Source: an uncultured delta proteobacterium
GTDB lineage: Bacteria > Myxococcota_A > Polyangia > Haliangiales > Haliangiaceae
Assembly (NCBI GenBank): GCA_963848295.1
Contig: CAWKDB010000002.1
Location: 192,001 to 256,000 of the forward strand
Length of the DNA stretch: 64,000 bases
Reading direction: 5' to 3'
Shown: positions 33,229-43,652 of the stretch, piece after piece
Numbering within the stretch: position 1 is the stretch's first letter
How the letters are laid out: each line of letters starts with the position of its first letter
Notes under the pieces: model-generated
What the model was told of the DNA's origin: nothing
What the model saw: the letters and a program-made list of their open reading frames with translations, nothing else
Databases searched by the model: none
Position numbers and translations under genes: made by a program

Positions 33229-34080
33229 CTACCGATAATCGTCGGCGCGGGCGACTGTTTGCTCCATTCGCGCCCGGAGATCTGCCCCGGCCCGCTCGAT
33301 GAAAATCTCGTCGCCGAGGCCGTCCCCGTCGAGCCCGGCGGTCTGGCTGATCGCGATCAGTCGCAGCTTCGCCATCTCGAGCAGCGCGAGGAACGTGACG
33401 ACCGCCTCGTGGCGGACCTCCTCGTAGCCGCGGGCGAGGCCGTCGCGCAGGAACGAGAACATCGAGCTGAACGCGAACCGGCCCTCGAGCTCGAGCCGAT
33501 CGGTGAGCTCCGAGATCTTCTGGCTGACGCTGAGCCGGTCGATCAGCACCTCGTGCGAGACCTTGACCTTCGCCGCGCGCATCAGCCGGTCGAACGCCTC
33601 GATCAGCTTGTGGACCGGGAACGCGGCGAGTGGCGCGATCGCGTCGGGGTCGATGTCGCCACCGACCGCGTCTTCGGATGCGGCTCCGCGGCTCCACACG
33701 TTGCGCCCCACGACCGGCCGGCCGCCGAGGTTGTCGGCCGCCTCCTTGTACTTCTGGTACTCGAGCAGACGCCGGATCAGATCGCCGCGGGGGTCGAGCG
33801 CTTCCTCGTCATCGCCGAGCTCGCCGTCGTCTTCGAGCGGCTCCGATGACGGCAACAGCTCGCGCGACTTGATGTGGCACAAGGTCGCCGCCATCAGGAG
33901 GTACTCGCCGGCCACGTCGATGTCGAGCGCGGCCATCGCATCGAGGTACTCGAGGTACTTCTCGGTCACGAACGAGATCGGGATCTCGAGGATCGACAGC
34001 TCGTGCTTCTTGACCAGGTGGAGCAAGAGGTCGAGCGGACCCTCGAACACGTCGAGCGCGACTTGATACGAAGCATCCAT
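33229..34080 (-). CDS. scpA: Segregation/condensation protein ScpA
   Basis: [48 protein letters not shown]. Confidence 0.95.
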   Translation of the reverse strand: MDASYQVALDVFEGPLDLLLHLVKKHELSILEIPISFVTEKYLEYLDAMAALDIDVAGEYLLMAATLCHIKSRELLPSSEPLEDDGELGDDEEALDPRGDLIRRLLEYQKYKEAADNLGGRPVVGRNVWSRGAASEDAVGGDIDPDAIAPLAAFPVHKLIEAFDRLMRAAKVKVSHEVLIDRLSVSQKISELTDRLELEGRFAFSSMFSFLRDGLARGYEEVRHEAVVTFLALLEMAKLRLIAISQTAGLDGDGLGDEIFIERAGADLRARMEQTVARADDYR

Positions 34081-34090
34081 CGTGGAACCG

Positions 34091-34777
34091 CTAGAACAGC
34101 GCGTGGAACAGGTTGTACACGTGGTCCGCGCAGAACACCGCCGGCGTGACGAAAATCCACTGAACCTGGGGGATCAGCATCACCCCGAGCACGATGAACG
34201 GACCGAACCTCGCGAACTCGTGAAATTTGTCGCGGTAGCGGTACGGCGTGAAGCTCTCGGCGACATGACCGCCATCGAGCGGCGGCACCGGCACGAGGTT
34301 GAAGAAGAACAGGATGAAGTTCGTGAACGTCGCGAACTCGAGGATCGAGTTGATGTCGGTCAGCCCCGCCCACGCGCCCGCGTGGACATGAATCACGCCG
34401 CGGGCGAGCAACAGCGCGCGGGTCGCCGCGAGCACGGTGCCGAGCACCACGTTCATCATCGGGCCCGCGAGCGCGACCAAGATGGTCGCGGTCGACATCG
34501 AAACGCCGCGCCGGATCTTGTGCGGCTGCCACTGCACCGGCTTGCCCCAGCCAAAGCTGCCGCCGCCGTAGAACCCGCCCAGGACCGGCAACAGCAGCGT
34601 GCCGATCGGGTCGGCGTGGGCGAGCGGGTTGAGCGTGACCCGACCCTGGCGGCGCGGCGTGTCGTCGCCGAGATAGTCGGCCATGAACGCGTGGCCGAAC
34701 TCGTGGATCGCGACCGACACGACCAGCACGAGCACGTACAGGAACACCCGTCGCAGTTCTGTGGTCGAGATGTTCAA
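34091..34777 (-). CDS. Site-2 protease family (M50) metalloprotease
   Basis: [36 protein letters not shown]. Confidence 0.92.
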   Translation of the reverse strand: MNISTTELRRVFLYVLVLVVSVAIHEFGHAFMADYLGDDTPRRQGRVTLNPLAHADPIGTLLLPVLGGFYGGGSFGWGKPVQWQPHKIRRGVSMSTATILVALAGPMMNVVLGTVLAATRALLLARGVIHVHAGAWAGLTDINSILEFATFTNFILFFFNLVPVPPLDGGHVAESFTPYRYRDKFHEFARFGPFIVLGVMLIPQVQWIFVTPAVFCADHVYNLFHALF

Positions 34778-34884
34778 AGCGGCGCCTTTTCCCGAGCTCG
34801 ACGGACTATGGACGCCGGCTCTGACATCTGCAACCCCACAAGAACTTGCCCGATCGGCGAGGTCGAGCGCCCAATGGATTCGCG

Positions 34885-35796
34885 ATGGCCCGCCGGCTCC
34901 AGATCGACGAGGCGATCGACCTCTACCTCGACTTTCTCAAGGTCGAACGCCACCTGTCGCCGCACACGCTCGACGGCTACTCCCGCGACCTCGCCCGGCT
35001 CGCCCGGTTGCTCGCGGAGCGCGGCCGAGTCGACATCGATGATGTCACGGCGATCGACATCGTCGACCATCTCGGCGTGATCGCCGAGGCGGGCCTCGCG
35101 GCTCGGTCGCGGGCGCGTGCGCTCGTCGCGATCCGCGGCGTGTTTCGCCACCTCGTGGCCGAGCGCTGGCTCGCCGCCGATCCGACCGCGCTGATCGACG
35201 CCCCGCGCGCCGCGCGCCGGATGCCCGGGGTGCTCGGCGAGGAGGCGATCGCGAGGCTGTGTGCCGCCCCGCCCGATACCCCGCGCGGGCGCCGCGACGC
35301 CGCGATGATCGAGCTCGCGTACGCTTCGGGCTTGCGCGTCTCCGAGCTCGTCGCGATCGCGCGCGCCGACGTCAACCTCCATCAGGGCTTCGTGCGCGTC
35401 ACCGGCAAGGGTAACAAGACGCGGGTCGTGCCGCTCGGCGCCACCGCGCGCACCAAGATCGAGCGCTACCTCGCCGAGGATCGCCCCGCCTGGCTACGCG
35501 ATCCGGCCGAGCGCGCGCTGTTCCTCACCGAGCGCGGCAAGCCGATGACCCGCCAAGGGTTCTGGAAAGCGCTGCGCGGCCATGCCCGGCGCGCCGACGT
35601 TCGCCTCGCCGGGGGCGATGTCTCGCCTCACAAGCTGCGCCACTCGTTCGCGACGCACCTCGTCGAGCGCGGCGCGGATCTGCGCGCGGTCCAGGCGATG
35701 CTCGGCCACGCCGACATCTCGACCACCGAGGTCTATACGCACGTCAGCGCGGCGCGCGTGATCGAGCAGGCGCGCAAGCATCCTCGGGCGCGCTGA
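34885..35796 (+). CDS. xerD: Site-specific tyrosine recombinase XerD
   Basis: ERHLSPHTLDGYSRDL, YASGLRVSE, GKGNK, TRQGFW, SPHKLRHSFATHL, LGHADISTTEVY. Confidence 0.88.
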   Translation: MARRLQIDEAIDLYLDFLKVERHLSPHTLDGYSRDLARLARLLAERGRVDIDDVTAIDIVDHLGVIAEAGLAARSRARALVAIRGVFRHLVAERWLAADPTALIDAPRAARRMPGVLGEEAIARLCAAPPDTPRGRRDAAMIELAYASGLRVSELVAIARADVNLHQGFVRVTGKGNKTRVVPLGATARTKIERYLAEDRPAWLRDPAERALFLTERGKPMTRQGFWKALRGHARRADVRLAGGDVSPHKLRHSFATHLVERGADLRAVQAMLGHADISTTEVYTHVSAARVIEQARKHPRAR

Positions 35797-35845
35797 ATAG
35801 TGAACCGGAACCGAGAACTCGAACGGAGTGCGCTACCATTGCCAG

Positions 35846-37900
35846 ATGCGATGGCTCGGAGCAACGCTTGCCCTCGCGGCCTGCGTCGGCGCACCGCGCG
35901 GCGACACCGGCACGTCGTATATCAAGACATACCGCCCGCTCGGCCACAAGGCCGACGCGAAGTCGCGCCAGCAGGCGGTGATCCTCGGCACCGACGCGAA
36001 CGACGGCTCGACCGTGTTGCACCTGCCGGCCGCGCCGCCGAAAGCGGTGGTGGATGCGATGTTCGTCAAGACCGGCGGCACCGACCCGGCGACCGGGGGG
36101 ATCACGCCCGTCAAGCTGTCGGCGTCGCCGACGACCGATGGCTCGGTCGAGGTCGGGATCTTCGAGGAGTTTGCGAACGGCACCGGCACGCAATGGCGCG
36201 CCGGCGTCTGGATGTCGGCGCTCGTCGCGGCGTCGACGCTCGGCAAAGACCTGACCGACTACGCGTTCGCCGCCAGCTCGGGCGGCTACATCGACGGCCC
36301 GTCCGCCTCGGGTCTCATGGCCGCCGGGTTTCTCGCCGTGATGACCGGGGCCGCGATCGATCCGACCGCGACGATGACAGGCGCGATCAACCCCGACGGC
36401 ACGATCGGTCCGGTCGGCGGCATTCCGGAAAAGTTCCTCGGCGCGATCGCGAGCGGCAAGCGCAGGCTCGGCTATCCGATCGGCATGCGCTGGGCGAAGT
36501 CCGAGGCGACCGGCAAGGCGGTCGACCTCGTCCAGCTCGCCAAGGACCACGGTGCGGAGGCGGTCGAGATCGCCGATGTCCACCAGGCATACACCCTGCT
36601 CACCGGCAAACAGCTGCCCGACACCGTGCCGGTGTCCGAGGCCGAGATGGCCCTCGATCCCGACACGGCGAAGCGGCTCGAGGCGAGCTATCAGGACTGG
36701 CAGCGGCTGATCGCCGGGCAATGGGCAACGATCGTCGAGCTCCACCAGTCCGGGCGGTTACCGGCCGGCCTGGTCTCGACCGTGCAGTGCGCCGAGGATC
36801 GTTACAAGGAGGCGCAGCAGCTCCACGGCGCTGGCAAGGTCGGCGCAGCGTGCCTGCGCATGATCGGCGCGTGGAGCTGTGCGGCGAGCGCGGTCGACAC
36901 CTACGACGTGCTCACGAAGGTGCGCGCCGGCGACACGACCGGCGCGATCGCGCAGATCGATGCCTACGGCCAGCTGCTGAAGAGCTCCGAGGCGGTGTTC
37001 GCGACGATCGGCGAGCAGAAGCCGGCGACGCTCGGCGGTTACTTGCAGATGCTCGCGTCGTTCGAGACGGCGCTGCGCGGCGCCGGGTTCGAAGGCCTGG
37101 CCGACCAAGGGCTCGTCACGGCGCGCACGACGCTGACCCAGCTCGCGACGAAGACCGTCGCGCAGCTCGGCGCGCCCGAGGTAGCCGATCAGGTCGTCGC
37201 CGCGATCCAACCGGTGGCCGTGCTCGTCAGCCAGGCCGTCGGCGAGGCGACCCTAGCGACCCAAGAGCTCGGGCTCGCGAACGCGCGCAGCGTCGACTAC
37301 ACGTGCTCGCTGCCGAACGTGCATCGCATGGCGACGTCGTATTCGTCCGCGGCGGTCGCCGGCCTGACCTACTTTGATGCGCTGCTCGTCCAGCCGTTCA
37401 TGGAGAGCCAGCACCTGAGCGAGCAGGAAGCGCGTGCCCGGGTCGCGACCGCCGAGCCGTCGTACCTCGTCGCGTACCTCGGCGCGCGGATCGATGGCTC
37501 GGAAGGCGTGCCGAAGCAGCTCAAGGACTCGTGGGGCGAGCAGTCACTCGCGTGGAACCTGTTCGGCCTCGCCGCGAGCCAGCTCGCGTACGCCAGCTCG
37601 GCCGAGCTGATCGCGAAGTACTACTCGCTCGGCGTCCACACCGGCTCGGACGGCAAGGTGCAGTCACTGGAGTACGACAAAGCCTTCACGAACATGCTCG
37701 CGCTCGCCGAACGGAGCGCGCGATCGAGTGCTCGCGCGGCGAGGATCGCGACCGGCGCGATCCCGATCCAGGCCAAGCTCGCGTACCAGCTCGCGACGGT
37801 CGAGCGCGACGGCGACGTGGTCGAGCAGATCGAAGCGCTCGGTCAGTTCTGGGCGTCGTCGGCGATGTCGCAGACCGCGGTGATGCTCGCGCGCAACTAA
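35846..37900 (+). CDS. Putative lipoprotein with Lon-type (S16) proteolytic domain and helical C-terminus
   Basis: Lipobox-like LAAC; DGPSASG (Ser) and TMTGAINPDGTIGPVGGIPEK (Lys dyad); no Walker motifs. Confidence 0.8.
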   Translation: MRWLGATLALAACVGAPRGDTGTSYIKTYRPLGHKADAKSRQQAVILGTDANDGSTVLHLPAAPPKAVVDAMFVKTGGTDPATGGITPVKLSASPTTDGSVEVGIFEEFANGTGTQWRAGVWMSALVAASTLGKDLTDYAFAASSGGYIDGPSASGLMAAGFLAVMTGAAIDPTATMTGAINPDGTIGPVGGIPEKFLGAIASGKRRLGYPIGMRWAKSEATGKAVDLVQLAKDHGAEAVEIADVHQAYTLLTGKQLPDTVPVSEAEMALDPDTAKRLEASYQDWQRLIAGQWATIVELHQSGRLPAGLVSTVQCAEDRYKEAQQLHGAGKVGAACLRMIGAWSCAASAVDTYDVLTKVRAGDTTGAIAQIDAYGQLLKSSEAVFATIGEQKPATLGGYLQMLASFETALRGAGFEGLADQGLVTARTTLTQLATKTVAQLGAPEVADQVVAAIQPVAVLVSQAVGEATLATQELGLANARSVDYTCSLPNVHRMATSYSSAAVAGLTYFDALLVQPFMESQHLSEQEARARVATAEPSYLVAYLGARIDGSEGVPKQLKDSWGEQSLAWNLFGLAASQLAYASSAELIAKYYSLGVHTGSDGKVQSLEYDKAFTNMLALAERSARSSARAARIATGAIPIQAKLAYQLATVERDGDVVEQIEALGQFWASSAMSQTAVMLARN

Positions 37901-37909
37901 CGCCCGCCG

Positions 37910-38662
37910 TCACGGGCACTCGAACAGCGTGTGCGAGCTGAGCGCGTAGTTCATGAAGTCTCCGCTCCCCGGTTCGACATCGACCGCGAGCACGCCATCC
38001 GCGATCGCGCCGCGAACAAGCGGTGCCATGAATACGATGGTCGGCCAATCCTTTTCGACGATCAGCGCGAGCTTGTGGCCGACACTAGCTGCGGTCACGC
38101 GCGCGAACTGTCTGGCGGTGCCGGGCGAGAGCACGAACCGGACTTCGTTCGCCGCGCGATCGGCCGAGATGGACGAGAACGTCGCGTCGTCGATCATCGG
38201 CTCGGCCTCGACATAGAAGGTCCGCCATGAATCGGGCGCTACATCGAGCGCGAGGGGATCACCTTTCATGTGTCGCGACGTGTAGGCGCGACCCTCGACC
38301 ACGATTCGATGATCGTGCGCGATCGGGCTATCGCGCGTTAGCTGGGCGACGTAGGACTCCAGCCGGCCGCGATCATCGGCCGCGAGATAGTAGTCGGCGT
38401 GCTCGACGCCGGCGACCTGCCAGGTGTCCTCGCCTGCGACGAAGCCGGCCGCTCGTGCTTTCGAATCGGCGGCCAGCTGATCGTGCAGTCGTTTCATGTA
38501 CTGCGCGCCGTCGTCGACGGTCGTCACTTCAAACGGCCGGGTACAACCGGCTGCCTGTACGGCTACCGGCTTCGCCGCAGGCGGATCGGCCGGCTTCGAG
38601 CTGCAGGCCGCGATGGCAAGCCCAGCGAGAACGAACGATTTCACCCGCGAACGATGCCACAT
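37910..38662 (-). CDS. Lipoprotein with SecDF P1-head-like domain
   Basis: Lipobox IAAC; VRFVLSPGTARQFARVTAASVGHKLALIV...APLVRGAIADG. Confidence 0.6.
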   Translation of the reverse strand: MWHRSRVKSFVLAGLAIAACSSKPADPPAAKPVAVQAAGCTRPFEVTTVDDGAQYMKRLHDQLAADSKARAAGFVAGEDTWQVAGVEHADYYLAADDRGRLESYVAQLTRDSPIAHDHRIVVEGRAYTSRHMKGDPLALDVAPDSWRTFYVEAEPMIDDATFSSISADRAANEVRFVLSPGTARQFARVTAASVGHKLALIVEKDWPTIVFMAPLVRGAIADGVLAVDVEPGSGDFMNYALSSHTLFECP

Positions 38663-38695
38663 GGCGACCGCGGCGGAGGTTACAGCTCGTCGGGT

Positions 38696-39190
38696 TCAGC
38701 GCGACTGACGAAGTAGCTCGGCCATGTCTTTTTGCCCGGCCGGATCTTCGAGCAGCGTGATCGGCTGGTCGGCGAGCAGCTGCTCCTCGAGGATGATCTC
38801 GATCGCGCGGCGCGCGCCGATCAGCCCGGACGCCCTGCCCGGGAGCTGCACCGACCAATCGCCGACTCCAGCGCGCGTCACGACCCCGAGGATCCACGCG
38901 AGGTCCTTGCGGAACCGGTCCTCGTTGTAGCCCTTCGTGTCGCCGAGCCCGAACCACAGCACGCGCTTGAATCGCAGGCGCCGGCCGGGCGGCAGCAGCA
39001 TCGTCTCGCCCGCATCCGCAGTCGCGCGATTCGCCTTGATCAACCGCGACAGCCGACCGCATAGCCGCCAATCGACGAGCCCGGCCGCGCCGCGCAGCGG
39101 ACGATCGTCGCGGAACACCGGCAGCACCAGGCAATCGCGCGCGGTCTCGTCCCAGCGCGCGAGATCGAGGGGGAGCACCGACAGCGCCAT
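38696..39190 (-). CDS. Stand-alone peptidase M17 N-terminal-like domain protein
   Basis: DDRPLRGAAGLVDWRLCGRLSRL, GETMLLP, RVLWFGLG; start overlaps the nusB stop. Confidence 0.7.
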   Translation of the reverse strand: MALSVLPLDLARWDETARDCLVLPVFRDDRPLRGAAGLVDWRLCGRLSRLIKANRATADAGETMLLPPGRRLRFKRVLWFGLGDTKGYNEDRFRKDLAWILGVVTRAGVGDWSVQLPGRASGLIGARRAIEIILEEQLLADQPITLLEDPAGQKDMAELLRQSR

Positions 39191-39624
39191 CAGTCCTCCG
39201 CGCCGCGGCCGACCGCGGTCGCGATCCGATCGAGCACCCCGTTGACGAACGCCGACGACTCGGCCGTGCCGAACCGCTTCGCGAGCTCGACCGCCTCGTT
39301 GATCACGACCTTGACCGGGACGTCGTGAAACGCGAGCAGCTCGCAGGCCCCGAGCCGAAGGATGTTGCGATCGACGCGCGACATCCGGTCGATCCGCCAG
39401 TTCTTCGACGACGACGTGATCAGCTCGTCGACCTTGGCGGCGTGGGTCGCCGAGGCCGCGACGAGTTCGCGCGCGAACGCGGCGGCGTCGGGCTCGACCT
39501 GGAGCTCGAACGCGTTGGCCCAGTCGCCCGCGGCACCGGCGACGTCGGTCGACGCGTCGCCGTCGCGCGCATAGAGCAGCTGCAGCGCGTAGGCGCGTCC
39601 CGAACGGCGATGCCCCGCGGTCAT
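39190..39624 (-). CDS. nusB: Transcription antitermination factor NusB
   Basis: RRSGRAYALQLLY, WRIDRMSRVDRNILR, INEAVELAKRFG, FVNGVLD. Confidence 0.96.
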   Translation of the reverse strand: MTAGHRRSGRAYALQLLYARDGDASTDVAGAAGDWANAFELQVEPDAAAFARELVAASATHAAKVDELITSSSKNWRIDRMSRVDRNILRLGACELLAFHDVPVKVVINEAVELAKRFGTAESSAFVNGVLDRIATAVGRGAED

Positions 39625-39633
39625 GACAGCTCG

Positions 39634-40146
39634 TTATTCTGCCTTGCCGCGGGCGCCGGCCTTGCCGCGGCCCGGCGCCTTGCCGAGCGCGCGGAACAGC
39701 GTCGCGAGCTCGATCGCGGCGATCGCGGCATCGAAGCCCTTGTTGCCGGCCTTCGTGCCAGCGCGCTCGAGCGCCTGCTCGACCGTGTCGGTCGTCAGCA
39801 CGCCGAAGCTGACCGGAACGGCCGAGCTCGCCGCCGCGCTCGCGATGCCGCGCGCGGCTTCGCCGGCGACGAGATCGAAGTGCGGCGTCGCGCCGCGAAT
39901 CACCGCTCCGAGCGCGACCACGGCGTCGATCCCACCGCGGTCGATGACCTTGCGCACGACCTGCGGCAGCTCCCACGCGCCGGGGCAGCGCACGATCGAG
40001 ATCGCATCGTCGTCGCCACCGGACCGCACGATCGCGTCGATCGCGCCGTCGATCAGCGGCTCGACGATCAGCCCGTTGAACCGGCTCGCGACGATCGCGA
40101 ACCGCAAGCCAGCCGCGGACAGGGTGCCTTCGATCGTGGTCGCCAT
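39634..40146 (-). CDS. ribH: 6,7-dimethyl-8-ribityllumazine synthase
   Basis: IVASRFN, PGAWELP, GAVIRGATPHF, FGVLT, RAGTKAGNKG. Confidence 0.96.
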   Translation of the reverse strand: MATTIEGTLSAAGLRFAIVASRFNGLIVEPLIDGAIDAIVRSGGDDDAISIVRCPGAWELPQVVRKVIDRGGIDAVVALGAVIRGATPHFDLVAGEAARGIASAAASSAVPVSFGVLTTDTVEQALERAGTKAGNKGFDAAIAAIELATLFRALGKAPGRGKAGARGKAE

Positions 40147-40188
40147 ACGCCGCGGGTATACCTCATTCAGCGGGCCGCTTGCCGCGAA

Positions 40189-41375
40189 TCAGGCGCCGGT
40201 CTTCGCACGCGCGGCGGTGGCGCGCGTCGGAATCGGCACGCGCTCGACGACATCGATCCCGAAGCCCTCGAGGCCTGGGATCTTGCGATCGCTCCACATC
40301 ATCAGCCGGATCTTCTTGCAGCCGAGATCCGCGAGCACCTGCGCGCCCAGCCCGAAGTCGCGCAGCGCTTCGCTCGACGCCGCGCGCGACTCCTTCGCGA
40401 TGTCAGTGAAGCTCGGCCGCACGACCTCGCGCTGGAGCACGAGCCGATCGAACGAATTCGCGAGCCGCATCCGGCCGCGATTGACGACGTAGAGCAACAC
40501 GCCGAGCCCGGCGGCATCGATCGCCTCGAGCGCGGCGGTGAGATCGGGCCGGAGCGAGAACGGATCGCCGAGCGGATCCATCGCCGCGACCCGCACGAGC
40601 ACGGTCTGGCCCGCGGCCGATGCCGCCGCGACATCGCCGCGCACGAGCGCGAGGTACTCGGTGTCTTCGACCTCGGTGTCGTAGTAATGCGCGACGAACG
40701 GCTCGCCCGGCGCCGAGCCCTCCCGGCCGCAGCGTGCCGGTGCCGCGGCAGCGCACGATTCGCTCGTGCTGCAGGCGATACGCGATCATGTCGGCGACCG
40801 ACAGCACCATCACGTGGTGGCGTTGGCCGAACGCTTCGAGCTCCGGCATTCGGGCCATCTCGCCGTCCTCGCGCATGATCTCGCAGATCACGCCGGCGGG
40901 CTTGCAGCCCCGCCATGCGCGCGAGGTCGACCGAGCCTTCGGTCTGGCCGGTGCGGACGAGCACGCCGCCCTTGCGCGCGCGCAGCGGGAACACGTGGCC
41001 GGGAGACACGATCTTGTGCGGCCCGGTGTCGTCGGCGATCGCGGCGCGGATCGTCGTCGCGCGATCGCGAGCCGAGATGCCCGTCGACACGCCGTGCCGC
41101 GCTTCGATCGACACCGTGAACGCGGTGCCGAGCGAGGCTTGGTTGTCGCGCACCATCATCGGCAGCTCGAGCTTGTCGATCATCGCGTCGTCCATCGCGA
41201 GGCAGATCAGGCCCCGCGCGTGGGTCGCCATGAAGTTGATGTGCTCGGGCGTGACGAGCTCGGCGGCGAACACGAGATCGCCTTCGTTCTCGCGATCTTC
41301 GTCGTCGACGAGGATCACCATCTTGCCGGCGCGGATCTCGTCGAGGGCACGCGCGACGCGTTCGAGGGCGGTCAT
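40189..41375 (-). CDS. ribB: DHBP synthase fused to a degenerate GTP cyclohydrolase II domain (RibBX); apparent frameshifts near 40910 and 40720
   Basis: [38 protein letters not shown] | [13 protein letters not shown] | [15 protein letters not shown]; pieces lie in three frames. Confidence 0.88.
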
Positions 41376-42029
41376 GACTGGCCTCCAGCAACTAGTTTTT
41401 CGACGTGCTTCGCGAGGATGTCGGTCTCGAGGTTGACGCGGTCGCCGATCGCGAGCGCGCCGAGCGTCGTGTGATCGCGGGTGTGCGGGATGATCGCGAC
41501 CGAGAACGTCTCGCGATCGACCGCGTTGACGGTGAGCGACACGCCGGCGATCGCGATCGAGCCCTTCTCGACGATGTGGCGGAGCAGCGCCGCCGGCGCG
41601 CGCACGCCGAGCACGAGGTTCGCGCCGAGATCGCGGCGCACCGCGAGCTCGCCGGTGCCGTCGATGTGGCCGGTCACCCAGTGACCGCCGAGCCGATCGC
41701 CGAGCCGCAGCGCGCGCTCGAGGTTGAGCTTTCCGCCGACGCGGGCGTGGCCGAGCGTCGTGCAGCGCGAGCGTCTCGGCGCCGGCGAGCACGGTGTAGC
41801 TGTCACGGGCTATTGAACCGCGCCGCCCTTCGGCGCCGCTGCCGGCCGGGGGCAAGCCCCGACCGTCGATCGCCGTGACCGTGAGGCACGCGCCGTCGTG
41901 GCAGATCGATTCGCCGATCGCGAGGTCGGCGAGCGCGAACGCCGCCGGCCGGATCGCGAGCACGAGCGCGTCGCTACGGCGATCCGCGCGCGCGATCGTG
42001 CCGACGTCAGCGACGAGCCCGGTGAACAT
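41372..42029 (-). CDS. ribE: Riboflavin synthase (alpha chain); apparent frameshift near 41765; carries the 19-aa element insert
   Basis: MFTGLV, GACLTV | [42 protein letters not shown]. Confidence 0.92.
41809..41864 (-). mobile_element. Intragenic double-hairpin element, copy 2 (in ribE)
   Basis: GGTCGGGGCTTGCCCCCGGCCGGCAGCGGCGCCGAAGGGCGGCGCGGTTCAATAGC; encodes [19 protein letters not shown] between TAID and RDSYTV. Confidence 0.8.
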
Positions 42030-42040
42030 CTGCTGCGGGT

Positions 42041-43120
42041 CTACCACGCGGCTCGCGCGAGGTGCAGGCGCAGGTCCGGGCCCTGCTGTACCGGTGCCGA
42101 GGCCCACGCAAAGCCGTGCGCGGCGGCGAGCTTGGCGACGCCCTCGCCGCCGACCCAGCTCGGCGCGGCGCCGCCGACGATGATCGGCGCGACGTAGAGG
42201 TAGAGCTCGTCCGCGAGCTTGGCGGCGAGCACCGCGGCGTGCAGCTCGCCCCCACCTTCGACCAGCACCGACATCACGCCGGCCGCGCCGAGCTTCTTCG
42301 CGAGCTTGCCGAGGTGAACGCGGCCGTCTTTCGACGCGGGGAGCCGCCAGACCTCCGCGCCGGCGGCGACCAGGCCGCGCTCTGCCCTCGCCGACGCGGT
42401 CGCGGTGGTCGCGATGATCGTGCGCGGGCCCGTGCCGCGCGGCAGCACCAGCGAGCGATGCGGCGTGCGCAGCGCGCTGTCGACGACGATGCGGATCGGA
42501 TCGCGTCCGTTCGGCACGCGCGCGGTCAGCCGCGGATTATCGGCGACCACGGTGCCGATGCCGACCATCACCGCGTCGGCGCGATCGCGCAACGCGTGGC
42601 CGTCGCGGCGCGCGACCTCGCCCGTGATCCACTTCGATTCGCCGGCGACCGTCGCGATCTTGCCATCGAGCGTGATCGCCGCTTTCAACGTGAACTGCGG
42701 CCGGCCCAGCTTTGCGAGCGTGAAGAACGGCCGATTCGCGGCGTCGCACTCGGCGACGAGCGCGCGGTCGACCGCGATCCCGGCGGCGCGCACCGCCGCG
42801 ATCCCGCCGCCGTGCGCCGCGATCGGATCGGCGCTGCCGACGACCACGCGCGAGACACCCGAGGCGATCACTGCAGGCGCACACGGCGGCGTGCGCCCGT
42901 GGTGGGTGCACGGCTCGAGCGTGACGTACAGCGTGCCGCCTTCCGCGCGCTCGGCCTCGACCTGGTCGAGTGCGAGCCGTTCGGCGTGCGGCGAGCCGGC
43001 GCGCTCGTGCGCCGCCTCCGCGATCACCTTGCCGCGCACGTCGACGATCACGCAGCCGACGATCGGGTTCGGCGCGGTCCGCCCGGCGAACCGCTCCGCG
43101 AGCTCGAGAGCGCGCGCCAT
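42041..43120 (-). CDS. ribD: Bifunctional deaminase/reductase RibD
   Basis: [39 protein letters not shown]. Confidence 0.95.
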   Translation of the reverse strand: MARALELAERFAGRTAPNPIVGCVIVDVRGKVIAEAAHERAGSPHAERLALDQVEAERAEGGTLYVTLEPCTHHGRTPPCAPAVIASGVSRVVVGSADPIAAHGGGIAAVRAAGIAVDRALVAECDAANRPFFTLAKLGRPQFTLKAAITLDGKIATVAGESKWITGEVARRDGHALRDRADAVMVGIGTVVADNPRLTARVPNGRDPIRIVVDSALRTPHRSLVLPRGTGPRTIIATTATASARAERGLVAAGAEVWRLPASKDGRVHLGKLAKKLGAAGVMSVLVEGGGELHAAVLAAKLADELYLYVAPIIVGGAAPSWVGGEGVAKLAAAHGFAWASAPVQQGPDLRLHLARAAW

Positions 43121-43150
43121 CAGGGTGATGTCGCGATCGGCGCGCAGCGG

Positions 43151-43652
43151 CTACTCTCCCGCAGAGACTGGCGCGGCGACTGGCGGATGCTCGTCGGTCG
43201 CTTCTTCGCGCATCGCGTCGAGCTCCTTCGAGAACACGTCGAGGTCCGCGAAGTCGCGATAGATCGACGCGAACCGGACGTACGCGACCTGATCGATCGT
43301 GCGCAGCTTTGGCAAGACGCGCTCGCCGACATCGCGCGCCGCGATCTCCGCGACCCCGAGCTCGCCGATCTCGCGCTCGACATCGAGCGCGAGCGTCTCG
43401 ACTTGCTCCGGCGTGACCCGGCGCTTCGCGACCGCGGCGCGAATGCCGTGCACGATCTTGTTGCGGTCGAACGGTTCGCGCCGGCCGTCGTTCTTGATGA
43501 CGAGCGGCATCGACATCTTCGATCCGCTCGTACGTCGTGTAGCGGCGCGTGCAGCCCTCGCACTCGCGCCGGCGGCGGATCTCGTTGCCGTCTTTCGACA
43601 CCCGAGTCTCGATGACCTTGTCTTCGTAGGCGGCACAGAACGGGCAACGCAT
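43151..43652 (-). CDS. nrdR: Transcriptional repressor NrdR; apparent frameshift near 43513
   Basis: [22 protein letters not shown] | [25 protein letters not shown]. Confidence 0.92.

Noticed and set aside
34885..35796. Prophage or island integrase
   Set aside because: Motifs and the scpAB-rluB neighbourhood fit housekeeping XerD; no att sites, tRNA or phage genes were seen.
40302..42107. RibE-RibB fusion (601-aa ORF)
   Set aside because: Produced by the ribE frameshift; the two genes show a normal ATGA overlap at 41372-41375.
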